This document shows positions 38,911-48,656 of a DNA stretch of 63,204 nucleotides, piece after piece. Each line of letters begins with the position of its first letter. Position 1 is the stretch's first letter. The position numbers were made by a program, and so were the translations under genes. The notes beneath the pieces were generated by a model, which was given only the letters and a program-made list of their open reading frames with translations, was not told where the DNA came from and made no database searches. The stretch comes from an uncultured Actinomycetota bacterium (GTDB taxonomy: Bacteria; Actinomycetota; Humimicrobiia; Humimicrobiales; Humimicrobiaceae): positions 1 through 63,204 of the forward strand of contig CAZBSE010000006.1 of the NCBI GenBank assembly GCA_964494385.1. Direction: 5' to 3'.

Positions 38911-40110
38911 ATGAGCAATAAAGTGGTACTGGCATATTCCGGGGGACTTGATACTTCGGTTTCTATAAATTGGATCAAAAAAAAATATAATACGGATGTA
39001 ATCGCAGTACTGGTAGACTGCGGTCAGCCCGATGATTTAAAAAAAGCTGCCAAGAAAGCTCTGGACATAGGCGCTTTTAAATCATTGATAATTGATGCAA
39101 AAAAACAGTTCATAAAGGAATTTATTTTTCCTGCCATTAAGGCGAACTTGAAGTATGAAAAAAAATATCCTCTTGCAACGGCATTGGCCAGGCCGCTTAT
39201 TGTTAAAAAATTAGTAGAAATTGCCAGAAAAGAAGGTGCCAAATCGATAGCACACGGCTGTACCGCAAAGGGTAACGACCAGGTAAGGTTTGATATAGGC
39301 ATAAGAAGCCTTGCACCGGATTTAAATATAATTGCACCTTTGAGAGAATGGAAAATATCAAGAGATGAAGCAATCCAATATGCAAAAAAATATAATATAA
39401 AAATAGATGTAACCAGTAAAAGCCCATATAGCATTGACGAGAATCTATGGGGCAGGAGTATTGAATGCGGTGTTCTTGAAGATCCGTGGATCGAACCGCC
39501 GGAAGAGATTTTTAAGTGGACAAAGATGAAAAAAACCTGTGATGATTTTGAATATCTGGAACTAAAGTTCGAAAATGGGATACCTGTATACTTTAATGGA
39601 AAAAAACTTTCGCCCCTTAAAATCATTAGAAGCTTAAATGAGATAGCAGGTTCTTACGGCATTGGCAGGATCGATATAGTGGAAAACAGGCTGATAGGAA
39701 TAAAATCCAGAGAAATTTACGAATCTCCGGCGGCAGAAATATTAATTGAGTCTCACAGACAGCTGGAATCGCTGATTTTGGATAGAGCACTTATTCATTA
39801 CAAATATCTTATTGAAGAGAAGATGTCGGAGGCGGTTTATTATGGATTATGGTTTACGCCGCTGAGAAAATGCATACAGGCATTTATAGACCAGAGCCAG
39901 AAATTTATAAGCGGTACATTAAAAATCATTCTGAAGCAAAACAGCTTTAAGGTTGTGGGGAGGAAATCCAGGTATTCATTATATGATCTGGGTCTTGCGA
40001 CTTATGACAGAGGTGATAAATTTGATCCCCAATATTCCGAAAGTTTTATAAAATTATGGGGGTACCCATATGAATTATTAGGAAGAAAAGGAAGAATTGA
40101 TGGAAAATAA
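38911..40110 (+). CDS. argG: Argininosuccinate synthase
   Basis: 'LAYSGGLDTS', 'HGCTAKGNDQVRF', 'YSIDENLWGRSIE'. Confidence 0.97.
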   Translation: MSNKVVLAYSGGLDTSVSINWIKKKYNTDVIAVLVDCGQPDDLKKAAKKALDIGAFKSLIIDAKKQFIKEFIFPAIKANLKYEKKYPLATALARPLIVKKLVEIARKEGAKSIAHGCTAKGNDQVRFDIGIRSLAPDLNIIAPLREWKISRDEAIQYAKKYNIKIDVTSKSPYSIDENLWGRSIECGVLEDPWIEPPEEIFKWTKMKKTCDDFEYLELKFENGIPVYFNGKKLSPLKIIRSLNEIAGSYGIGRIDIVENRLIGIKSREIYESPAAEILIESHRQLESLILDRALIHYKYLIEEKMSEAVYYGLWFTPLRKCIQAFIDQSQKFISGTLKIILKQNSFKVVGRKSRYSLYDLGLATYDRGDKFDPQYSESFIKLWGYPYELLGRKGRIDGK

Positions 40111-41548
40111 AATTTGGAAAGGCAGGATAACAAAAAATACGGACAAGGAGGCTGATAAATTCACCAGTTCCATAGAGATAGATAAAAATCTTTACATTTA
40201 TGATCTCATGGGAACAGCAGCACATGCAGCAGGTCTGGAAAAAATAGGAATTCTATCCAAAAAGCAGCTCGAAAAGATATTTTATGGGCTGGAGAAAATT
40301 AAAGATAACATTGAAAAAAACCATATCAATATAAATCAATACGAGGACATTCACAGCCTTATAGAAAATGAACTGGGAAAAGTAGTAGGAGATATAAGCA
40401 TGAAAGTTCATACAGGAAGAAGCAGAAATGACCAGATTGTCCTTGATGAAAAATTATTTATTAAAGATGCGGTTATAAATATATTAAACGGAATTACGGA
40501 AATTCAAAAGACTATTTTGAATATCGCCGAAAATAAAATTAATATTATTATTCCTGCATATACCCATATGCAAAAAGCGCAGCCTGTTCTTCTTGCTCAT
40601 TATTTGATGGCATATTTCACAAAATTTGATAGGGATGTATTATCTTTTTCAGTGGATTTTGAAAAATGCGACTACCTTCCGCTGGGAGCCGCAGCCTGCA
40701 CGGGAAGCGGGTTTTCACTGGATAGGAATCTATTAAAAAGATTACTTAAATTTAAAAATCTTGATTCAAACAGTATGGATATAGTTGGAAATAGGGATTT
40801 CATATTGGATTTTATATATTCCTGCACCAGATTGATGCTGCATCTCAGCGGATTCAGCGAAGATCTTATTATTTATAACAGCTCCGAATATTCATTTATT
40901 GAAATAGATGAAGATTTTTGTACCGGGAGCAGCATAATGCCGCAAAAAAAGAATCCTGATATTCTGGAACTGGTGAGGGGAAAATATTCTATTGTTATGG
41001 GAAATCTTATACAGTTGCTGAATCTGCTAAAGGGTCTGACATCTACTTATAATAGAGATTTACAGGAAGATAAAAAGATATTTTTCAGTGCTTATATAGA
41101 AACTATTACGAGCATTGAAATATTTAAAAGACTGCTTGGCAAAATAAAATTTAATAATGACAAAATAAAAAAATCTTTAAAGGAAGGATTTTTAGAGGCT
41201 ACTGATATAGCAGACTATCTGGTAAAAAAAGGAGAGAGCTTTAGAAAATCGCATAATATTGTAGGAAAGATTATAAGATTTTGTATTGATAAAGAAATAA
41301 AATTTAAGGATTTAAAGCTGAAAGAATTAAAAAAATATTCACCTTATTTTGATAATGACATTTACGGAAAGGTCGATATAGAGTCCTGTATATCCAATAA
41401 GAAAGTAGATTGCGGTACGGAAATAAATCAGGTAAATCTGAATATTGCAGCCGGGAATAAAAGAATAGGAAGTTATAAAAATAAGATTACGGAGTTAGTC
41501 AAAAGAATTCCCAGATTTGAGGAAATTATTGAATACAGGAGCAGCTAG
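40097..41548 (+). CDS. argH: Argininosuccinate lyase
   Basis: 'HTGRSRNDQ', 'YTHMQKAQP', 'GSSIMPQKKNPD', 'YNRDLQEDK'. Confidence 0.97.
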   Translation: MMENKIWKGRITKNTDKEADKFTSSIEIDKNLYIYDLMGTAAHAAGLEKIGILSKKQLEKIFYGLEKIKDNIEKNHININQYEDIHSLIENELGKVVGDISMKVHTGRSRNDQIVLDEKLFIKDAVINILNGITEIQKTILNIAENKINIIIPAYTHMQKAQPVLLAHYLMAYFTKFDRDVLSFSVDFEKCDYLPLGAAACTGSGFSLDRNLLKRLLKFKNLDSNSMDIVGNRDFILDFIYSCTRLMLHLSGFSEDLIIYNSSEYSFIEIDEDFCTGSSIMPQKKNPDILELVRGKYSIVMGNLIQLLNLLKGLTSTYNRDLQEDKKIFFSAYIETITSIEIFKRLLGKIKFNNDKIKKSLKEGFLEATDIADYLVKKGESFRKSHNIVGKIIRFCIDKEIKFKDLKLKELKKYSPYFDNDIYGKVDIESCISNKKVDCGTEINQVNLNIAAGNKRIGSYKNKITELVKRIPRFEEIIEYRSS

Positions 41549-41570
41549 AAATTTATTTATAATTTAAAAA

Positions 41571-43883
41571 ATGAATTATATGACAGGTAAATTGGAGCTG
41601 ACAGCGCCGGCAGGAGGATGGGATCAACTGGCAGCAGCAGTAAATGCTGGTGCTGATTCTGTTTATATGGGGTATAAAAAATTCAGTGCCAGGGCATATG
41701 CCGAAAATTTTGATATAAAAAAAATAAAAAAAGCATTATATTTTGCTCATGGAAGAGGGGTTAAGGTATACCTTACCTTAAATACACTAATAAAAGATAG
41801 TGAAATAGAGGAAGTCATAAAATTCTTGAATGAATTTAATGATGTATGCTTTGATGGAATTATAATACAGGATTATGGCATATATAAATTATTAAAAGAT
41901 TTATTTAATAAAATTCCTGTTCATGCCAGTACACAGCTTAATATCCATAATATATATTCTTTAAAATATTTGAAGGAACTTGATTTTAAAAGGGTCATTC
42001 TGTCAAGAGAAATGAGTCTTAATGAAATAAGGGGTTTATGTGCGGAAAATTTACTGGAAGTAGAAGTATTTGGCCACGGCTCACAGTGCTATTCATATTC
42101 GGGAAGCTGTTATTTAAGTTCTTTTATAGGAGGCAGAAGCGGCAACAGGGGAAGGTGCACGCAGCCGTGCAGGATGAAGTATAAGCTTTTGGAAAAGAAA
42201 AAAGGCAAGTTTAATTATATTATTAACGATTGGAATTATTTGTTGAGTAAAAATGATCTCTGCGTACTGGATATGATACCGGAATTTATTAAAGCAGGAA
42301 TTAATGCGATTAAGGTAGAGGGGAGAATGAAGTCACCTGAATATGTAGGGATAGTCACTAAAATTTATAGAAAATACATAGACATGTTTTATGGGCAGCC
42401 TTTAGATTATAAAGTTGAAGAGGAAGATTTCTACAAGATTTCACAAATTTTTTCAAGAGAAATGGGAACCGGTTATTTAAAGGATGAATATCCAAAAAAA
42501 ATAATATCACTAAAAAAATCAGGAAGCATAGGTAATTTTTTAGGAAGGATCTATAGGATTACATATGAAGTAAATAATCACGGGAAAAATAATAAAATAA
42601 AGTCTGTTCTGATGAAAAGCAAATGGGAGATAAATGAAGGCGATATAGTTGAAATCTGGACTAAAAGAGGAAGCAGCAGGGTAAATATTAAAAATTTAGA
42701 ATTAATAAGTAAACAAGATGGAAGGTATAAATATAAAATTATCATAAATAATATAACGGGAATATCAGAAAAGGACAGAGTATTTAAGTATTTTGATAAG
42801 AAATTGGATAAAGAAGCTAAATTATTGTTTGAACATGATTTTAGTCATCATGAAATAAAAAATAATGGAATTGGAAAAAATAGCGGAAGCAAGATTAAAG
42901 ACAATAAATCCAGGGAATATTTAAAAAAATATCTATATGGAAAAAATATCAAGGAAAGGCCGGATAAGAGATTGACAATATCGGCTCATGTGTATGATCA
43001 CAACCAAATCAAATATGCTGCCAAAAAAGGTGCGGACCATGTTATTTACAGCAACTATAATGAATTATTAGGAAATACATATGAGATGAGTAAAAAAGCC
43101 TATATTTTTAAAAGACTTAATGATTATGAAAAAATAAAGATATATATAGATACCCCTTCAGTATTGTATGACAGCTGTTTTGATACGCTGAAGTGTAATG
43201 TTTTAAAGTTTCTTGATTTTAACTTAAATAATTTCAAGGTTTCAAATCCTGGTATGCTGAGACTTTTAAGTGAAGTATGCCGGAAAGAAAAAGTTGATAT
43301 TAATATATATTTAGGCTCTAGTTTTAATTTGTTTAACAGCCTGTCAGCAATTTTTTTTAAGGATCGATTGGCTAAAAATCTTATTTTAAAAGGAATAGAG
43401 TTTTCTCCGGAAATGAATCTGGAAGAGATATCAAAAGTTATAGCAAATTTTAAAAGTCATTATAAAAAAAATTTGGAATTTTCCATATTTGGACATGGGT
43501 ATTTCCCTGTGATGAATTCAAGATATAAGGTTAAGTTACTGGCGGGAAAAAATATCGATGACTATTACATAGAAGATATAAAAGGATATAGATTTCCGGG
43601 TAGCTCTGATTATAATGAAAATATGGTAATTTTTAATTCAAAAATTATATGCACATTATTCGAGCTCGATAATATATCCGGAAGCGGAGTTAACGATATT
43701 GTAATAAGCAGTAAATTTTTAGAAGAAAATGATTTTTTTAAAATACTAAAAAGTTACAGTAATGCAGCTTATATATTATTTGATAAAGATGTTGCCGGGT
43801 ACAGGAATTTTACCGGTTGTCTGAAAGATAACCATCTTTTTAAGGATTATACAAGAGGCCATTTACTAAGGGGAGTTGAGTAG
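41571..43883 (+). CDS. Peptidase U32 family protein (RlhA/TrhP-like Fe-S RNA hydroxylase family)
   Basis: 'ELTAPAG', 'HASTQ', 'CYSYSGSCYLSS..GNRGRCTQPCR', 'KVEGRMK'; long C-terminal extension. Confidence 0.88.
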   Translation: MNYMTGKLELTAPAGGWDQLAAAVNAGADSVYMGYKKFSARAYAENFDIKKIKKALYFAHGRGVKVYLTLNTLIKDSEIEEVIKFLNEFNDVCFDGIIIQDYGIYKLLKDLFNKIPVHASTQLNIHNIYSLKYLKELDFKRVILSREMSLNEIRGLCAENLLEVEVFGHGSQCYSYSGSCYLSSFIGGRSGNRGRCTQPCRMKYKLLEKKKGKFNYIINDWNYLLSKNDLCVLDMIPEFIKAGINAIKVEGRMKSPEYVGIVTKIYRKYIDMFYGQPLDYKVEEEDFYKISQIFSREMGTGYLKDEYPKKIISLKKSGSIGNFLGRIYRITYEVNNHGKNNKIKSVLMKSKWEINEGDIVEIWTKRGSSRVNIKNLELISKQDGRYKYKIIINNITGISEKDRVFKYFDKKLDKEAKLLFEHDFSHHEIKNNGIGKNSGSKIKDNKSREYLKKYLYGKNIKERPDKRLTISAHVYDHNQIKYAAKKGADHVIYSNYNELLGNTYEMSKKAYIFKRLNDYEKIKIYIDTPSVLYDSCFDTLKCNVLKFLDFNLNNFKVSNPGMLRLLSEVCRKEKVDINIYLGSSFNLFNSLSAIFFKDRLAKNLILKGIEFSPEMNLEEISKVIANFKSHYKKNLEFSIFGHGYFPVMNSRYKVKLLAGKNIDDYYIEDIKGYRFPGSSDYNENMVIFNSKIICTLFELDNISGSGVNDIVISSKFLEENDFFKILKSYSNAAYILFDKDVAGYRNFTGCLKDNHLFKDYTRGHLLRGVE

Positions 43884-43920
43884 CAGAAAAATATTTTACC
43901 GTTTTGATTAAAATTTCCTG

Positions 43921-46731
43921 TTAGATTTCTATGGAAACCTTCGAACCGTAATTTAAATATTCGCCGGATTGAGGTGTCTGTCCGGTAACTATACCGGCAG
44001 CTTCGGCATCAGGCAGTATTTCAACTAAAAATCCCAGGTCTTCAAGTTTGGCGACAGCGTCTTCTCCGGTCATATCAATAACATCAGGAATTTTTATTCC
44101 TTTGCTTATTTTAATAATAATTTCAAAAGATTTATTATAAACGGTTCCGCCGACGGGAGTTTGGGAAAAAACTTTTTCTTTTTCTTCGATACTTTCTTCA
44201 AAAAGAATACTGATTTTTTTAAATCCGGCGCCATTTAATTCCTCAGTTGCCTGTTGTTCGGTTAATTGTAAGACATCGGGTACGGTTGATTCTGGATTTT
44301 CGCCCTTACTTACGTATAATGTAACTTTAGTAGACTGATAAACTTTTGAATTTGGAACCGGGCCCTGATCATATATGATATCCGGCTGCTGCTGGTCATT
44401 AAATTCAAATATAATACTATCCAGAGCCAATCCAAGGCCTTCTATAATATTTTCTGCGCTGTCAAGATTCATTCCTGTAAGGTCAGGCATATCGAAAGTT
44501 CTTTTACCTTTACTTATATATAAGGTAATACTTAACTTTTCACCGCTGAGTGATTCCAGCAGGGACCCTGCTTCCGGATTTTGCCTAAAGATAATATCCT
44601 GGTTATAGATATCATCAAAATCATGAATCTCATCAACAACAAAATATAAATTTTCAAATATTTGCTTTGCTTCATCAAAATCAAATCCAACAACGTCCGG
44701 TACTTCGACTTTATTGTGTATATCACATATTTTTTTTGGTTCCTCTCCTTCAATAAATATCTTCCATTTAATAGTTTCTTCAGGGCACCAGAATGTTGTC
44801 AGAAGATCGGATTCAGAACATATTTTTATATTTATAAGTTCTTTTTCCGGGACCTTAAAATCCAAAACAGGTTTATTTTCAAGGGCCGAATTCATAAATT
44901 CTCTCCATATGTCTGCGGGGTAAGTCCCTCCTACCACAACCCTCCCGTTAATAGGTTCCATAGGTTTATTGGATTCCGCATAACCCATCCACACTACTGT
45001 AACAAGATCAGGGGTATAACCTGCAAACCAGGCGTCTTTGGAATCATTTGTGGTTCCTGTCTTGCCGGCAGCAGGCCTGCCTATATCGGCTCCTTTTCCG
45101 GTTCCGCTCTCTATGACTTGACGTAAAATACCGGTTATAAAGGATGATACCGGTTCTTCAAGTACCCTGTGGTTTGATTCATTATTATCAGGATCATAAT
45201 TATATAAGATGTTTCCCTGTGAATCGGTTATCTTTAAAATACATACCGGCTGATGATAAAAGCCTCCCGATGCAAGAGTGGAAAATACTTTACTTAAATC
45301 AAGAGGTGATATACCTATTTCGAGACCGCCAATAGCAATTGCAGGGTTATTTCCAATATCATAAATTTCCATGTCATTACATAATCTTTCTACATTGTCA
45401 GCTCCAATTTCCATAATAAGCTGAGCATAAACAACATTTACGGAATTTATTGTGGCGTCCACCACAGTCATCTCATCTTCAGAAAAATTTTTTCCATTAT
45501 AATTTACAACTTTCCAATCAGGGCCTTCTTCCATGTTTATAGTAATTGGTCCATTGGGATTGAAGGTGTTATTGGGAGAAAAATTCCGAATTATTGATTC
45601 CATCAGAACCAGTGTTTTAAATACGGATCCCGGTTGTCTCTTACCCTGAGCTGCAATATTGAATTTACTGACGCTGTAATCCTTTCCTCCAATTAAAGCA
45701 TATATATAACCATTATCAGGATCGATACTTACAAGGGAATAGGAAGGGCCGGGATCTTCGGGGAAAACTTTCTTTACGGCAGTTTCAGCTTTTTTTTGCA
45801 AATCGGCATCAAGCGTAGTATAGATTCTAAGTCCTCCTTTGAACACATCATAGTCCGTAAATTTTTTATCATATAGATTTTGCTTTATATAGTCTATAAA
45901 ATATGGAGCAGTTCTGCTGCTGAATTGATCGGAAATGGAATCTGAATATTCGCTTATTACCACAGGCTCGGAAAGTGCGTCAAGATATTCACCAGGTTCG
46001 ATTAATTCCTGTTCGTACATTAATTGCAGTACGAGATCTCTTCTGGTTTTTGATTTTTCCGGATTATTAAACGGTGAATATATTTCGGGAATTCTTATCA
46101 ATCCTGCCAGTAAAGCTGACTGTGAAAGAGATAGTTCGCTTGCTTTTATACCAAAATATGTTTCAGATGCTTTTTCGATCCCATAAGTACCGGATCCAAA
46201 ATAAATGGTGTTCAAATACATTTCAAGGATTTTATTTTTGGTATAATTCCTTTCAAGCTGTATTGCAATTAAAGCCTCATTGATTTTTCTTCTGAATGTT
46301 TTTTCGGGATTAAAATAAATGTTTTTTACATACTGCTGGGTAATAGTGCTGCCGCCCTGTGCTAAATCAGCGGATTTTAAATCCGCAATAAAAGCACCTG
46401 CTATTCTTATATAATCAACACCCTGATGTTCAAAAAACCTCTTATCTTCTACAGATATAACTGCTTTTTTAATATATTCAGGCATTTCATAATAAGAAAT
46501 AATTTCCCTGTTTTCTTCGGCATGAAATTCTGTGATAAGGTTGCCATTCAGGTCATAGACCTTGGATGTTAATGCAATTGGTGAGGGAGTAAGTTCTTCA
46601 AGCGTAGGAAGTGAATTAATATAATAAGTAATTAGGACTATTCCGGTAATAATGAAAAGAAAAGCAACCATTGATACGATAAATATAAAAAATTTTAAAC
46701 AGCCGCTTAATTCTTTGCGTTTTAAGTTCAT
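43921..46731 (-). CDS. Class A penicillin-binding protein (PBP1A family) with four PASTA domains
   Basis: TG 'EDKRFFEH', 'QGGSTITQQ', 'RKINE'; TP SVFK, SVN, KTG; four 'PD(V/L)' PASTA repeats. Confidence 0.92.
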   Translation of the reverse strand: MNLKRKELSGCLKFFIFIVSMVAFLFIITGIVLITYYINSLPTLEELTPSPIALTSKVYDLNGNLITEFHAEENREIISYYEMPEYIKKAVISVEDKRFFEHQGVDYIRIAGAFIADLKSADLAQGGSTITQQYVKNIYFNPEKTFRRKINEALIAIQLERNYTKNKILEMYLNTIYFGSGTYGIEKASETYFGIKASELSLSQSALLAGLIRIPEIYSPFNNPEKSKTRRDLVLQLMYEQELIEPGEYLDALSEPVVISEYSDSISDQFSSRTAPYFIDYIKQNLYDKKFTDYDVFKGGLRIYTTLDADLQKKAETAVKKVFPEDPGPSYSLVSIDPDNGYIYALIGGKDYSVSKFNIAAQGKRQPGSVFKTLVLMESIIRNFSPNNTFNPNGPITINMEEGPDWKVVNYNGKNFSEDEMTVVDATINSVNVVYAQLIMEIGADNVERLCNDMEIYDIGNNPAIAIGGLEIGISPLDLSKVFSTLASGGFYHQPVCILKITDSQGNILYNYDPDNNESNHRVLEEPVSSFITGILRQVIESGTGKGADIGRPAAGKTGTTNDSKDAWFAGYTPDLVTVVWMGYAESNKPMEPINGRVVVGGTYPADIWREFMNSALENKPVLDFKVPEKELINIKICSESDLLTTFWCPEETIKWKIFIEGEEPKKICDIHNKVEVPDVVGFDFDEAKQIFENLYFVVDEIHDFDDIYNQDIIFRQNPEAGSLLESLSGEKLSITLYISKGKRTFDMPDLTGMNLDSAENIIEGLGLALDSIIFEFNDQQQPDIIYDQGPVPNSKVYQSTKVTLYVSKGENPESTVPDVLQLTEQQATEELNGAGFKKISILFEESIEEKEKVFSQTPVGGTVYNKSFEIIIKISKGIKIPDVIDMTGEDAVAKLEDLGFLVEILPDAEAAGIVTGQTPQSGEYLNYGSKVSIEI

Positions 46732-46931
46732 AATAATTTATCAACTTATGGATTATATCAAATTATAACGTAAAGAATTTTATATAAAATCCAGCTAAAT
46801 AACAACAATTCAAGACGTATAATAGATACTAACGAAAAATGAAGAGATTTCATAAATAGACATATATGAAGTTGTTGTGTTAATATTTAGTTTGATTTTT
46901 CATTAAAAAACAGCAGGAAAGAAACATAAAT

Positions 46932-48167
46932 ATGGAAAAAGATTTGAAAAAACAAATGGATACCTTACTTATGGGAACTGAGGATGTTTTAATAAAGAAG
47001 GACTTTAAAATTATTCTTGAAAAATCAATAGCGGAGAATAATCCCCTTAAAGTAAAGTTAGGTCTGGATCCTACTTCTCCTGACATTCATCTTGGTCATA
47101 CAGTAGTTTTGAATAAACTTCGTCAGTTTCAAAACCTGGGACATACTGCAATTCTTATAATAGGAGACTATACCGCAAGAATAGGGGACCCTTCAGGAAG
47201 GTCCACTTTAAGGCCAAAATTATCTGCAGGAGTTATAGAAAAAAATGCGGAAACATATATGAAGCAGGCATTTAAAATACTGGATTCTAAAAGAACAGAG
47301 GTTGTAAGAAATTCAAAATGGCTTAAAACCTTGAAATTCGAAGATATTTTAAACTTAACCTCTAGATTTACGGTTGCACGAATGCTCGAAAGAGACGATT
47401 TTAAAAAAAGGTTTAAAGGCAACCTGCCAATAGCAATTATGGAATTTCTATATCCCATAATGCAGGCGTATGATTCGGTTGCAGTAAAAGCAGATGTAGA
47501 ATTAGGAGGAACCGATCAAAGATTTAACCTTTTAATGGGAAGAGAGCTGCAAAAAGAATTTTTACAGAGGCCGCAAATAGCAATTACGATGCCAATACTG
47601 GTAGGAATAGACGGCGTTGAAAAAATGAGTAAAAGCCTGGGAAACTATATCGGAGTAAAAGAACCACCCGGTGAAATATTTGGTAAGATTATGTCTATAC
47701 CGGACGGTATAATGATTGACTACTTCAAATTGATATCTGCGCTTGACTGTAAAGAAATAAAAGAGATTGAAAGCAATATAAGAAAACAAAAATTGAATCC
47801 TTCTATTGCCAAAAGAAAGCTGGCAAAAATTATAATTGAAAATTTGTATGATGGAAAAAAAGCTTTAGAGGCAGAAGAAGATTTTAATTTAGTATTTAAG
47901 AAAAAAGGAATTCCGGATAATGTAGAGGAATATATCATTAACATGGATAAGTCTAAAGAAAAAAAGTTCTATTTAGTAAAATTACTGGTGGCTTCAAAGC
48001 TTGCCGGCTCAAACAGTGAAGCCAGAAGGCTTATCAAACAGGGGGGGGTAAGGGTAAATGATAAAAAAATTAATGATCCGGATATTGAATTCGAAATAGA
48101 TGACATAAATGAGAAAGTAATCCAAAGAGGGAAAAGGCACTTCAGAAAAATAAGAATTATTAGGTAA
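46932..48167 (+). CDS. tyrS: Tyrosine--tRNA ligase
   Basis: 'GLDPTSPDIHLGH', 'YPIMQAYD', 'GGTDQ', 'KMSKS', C-terminal S4. Confidence 0.97.
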   Translation: MEKDLKKQMDTLLMGTEDVLIKKDFKIILEKSIAENNPLKVKLGLDPTSPDIHLGHTVVLNKLRQFQNLGHTAILIIGDYTARIGDPSGRSTLRPKLSAGVIEKNAETYMKQAFKILDSKRTEVVRNSKWLKTLKFEDILNLTSRFTVARMLERDDFKKRFKGNLPIAIMEFLYPIMQAYDSVAVKADVELGGTDQRFNLLMGRELQKEFLQRPQIAITMPILVGIDGVEKMSKSLGNYIGVKEPPGEIFGKIMSIPDGIMIDYFKLISALDCKEIKEIESNIRKQKLNPSIAKRKLAKIIIENLYDGKKALEAEEDFNLVFKKKGIPDNVEEYIINMDKSKEKKFYLVKLLVASKLAGSNSEARRLIKQGGVRVNDKKINDPDIEFEIDDINEKVIQRGKRHFRKIRIIR

Positions 48168-48249
48168 CTCTTAAGAAGGATTCTTTCTAAATTTTTCTAA
48201 TGTTAAAATCGGTTTACGAAAATCATACAAGGTCTTTTTGATAAACAAT

Positions 48250-48591
48250 ATGCATGAATATTCTATAACTCAAAGTATTATACAAATTTTAAGTGACATA
48301 ATAAAAGAACATAAAATAAAAAAATTAAAAAAAATTAATTTTGAACTGGGACCGCTGGCGCATATCGAGCCTCAATCAATCGAATTTTATTATGGTTATT
48401 TGACCCAAAAAAATAAGGTACTAAAAGATGCCGTACTGGAATTTAAAAAAAATAAATTAAGAATGGAATGCAAAGATTGCAGTAGAAAATTCATCCCGGA
48501 AAATTTTGAAAATAAATGTCCCTACTGTTTAAGTAAAAAGATTGACATTATAAATTCAGAAGATATAAAAATAACTTCAATAGAGGTATGA
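48250..48591 (+). CDS. hypA: Hydrogenase nickel metallochaperone HypA
   Basis: N-terminal MHE at 48250, two CxxC (CKDC, CPYC), C-terminal 'SIEV'. Confidence 0.9.
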   Translation: MHEYSITQSIIQILSDIIKEHKIKKLKKINFELGPLAHIEPQSIEFYYGYLTQKNKVLKDAVLEFKKNKLRMECKDCSRKFIPENFENKCPYCLSKKIDIINSEDIKITSIEV

Positions 48592-48620
48592 ACTATTGTA
48601 AAACAGCGTGATTAATTTAT

Positions 48621-48650
48621 ATTGACTTAAGTCAATGCTGTGGTTAAAAT
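48621..48650 (+). promoter_or_regulatory. Promoter upstream of the rny leader with a perfect 16-bp palindrome over the -35
   Basis: TTGACT-17 bp-TAAAAT; ATTGACTTAAGTCAAT is self-complementary. Confidence 0.6.
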
Positions 48651-48656
48651 AAAAAC

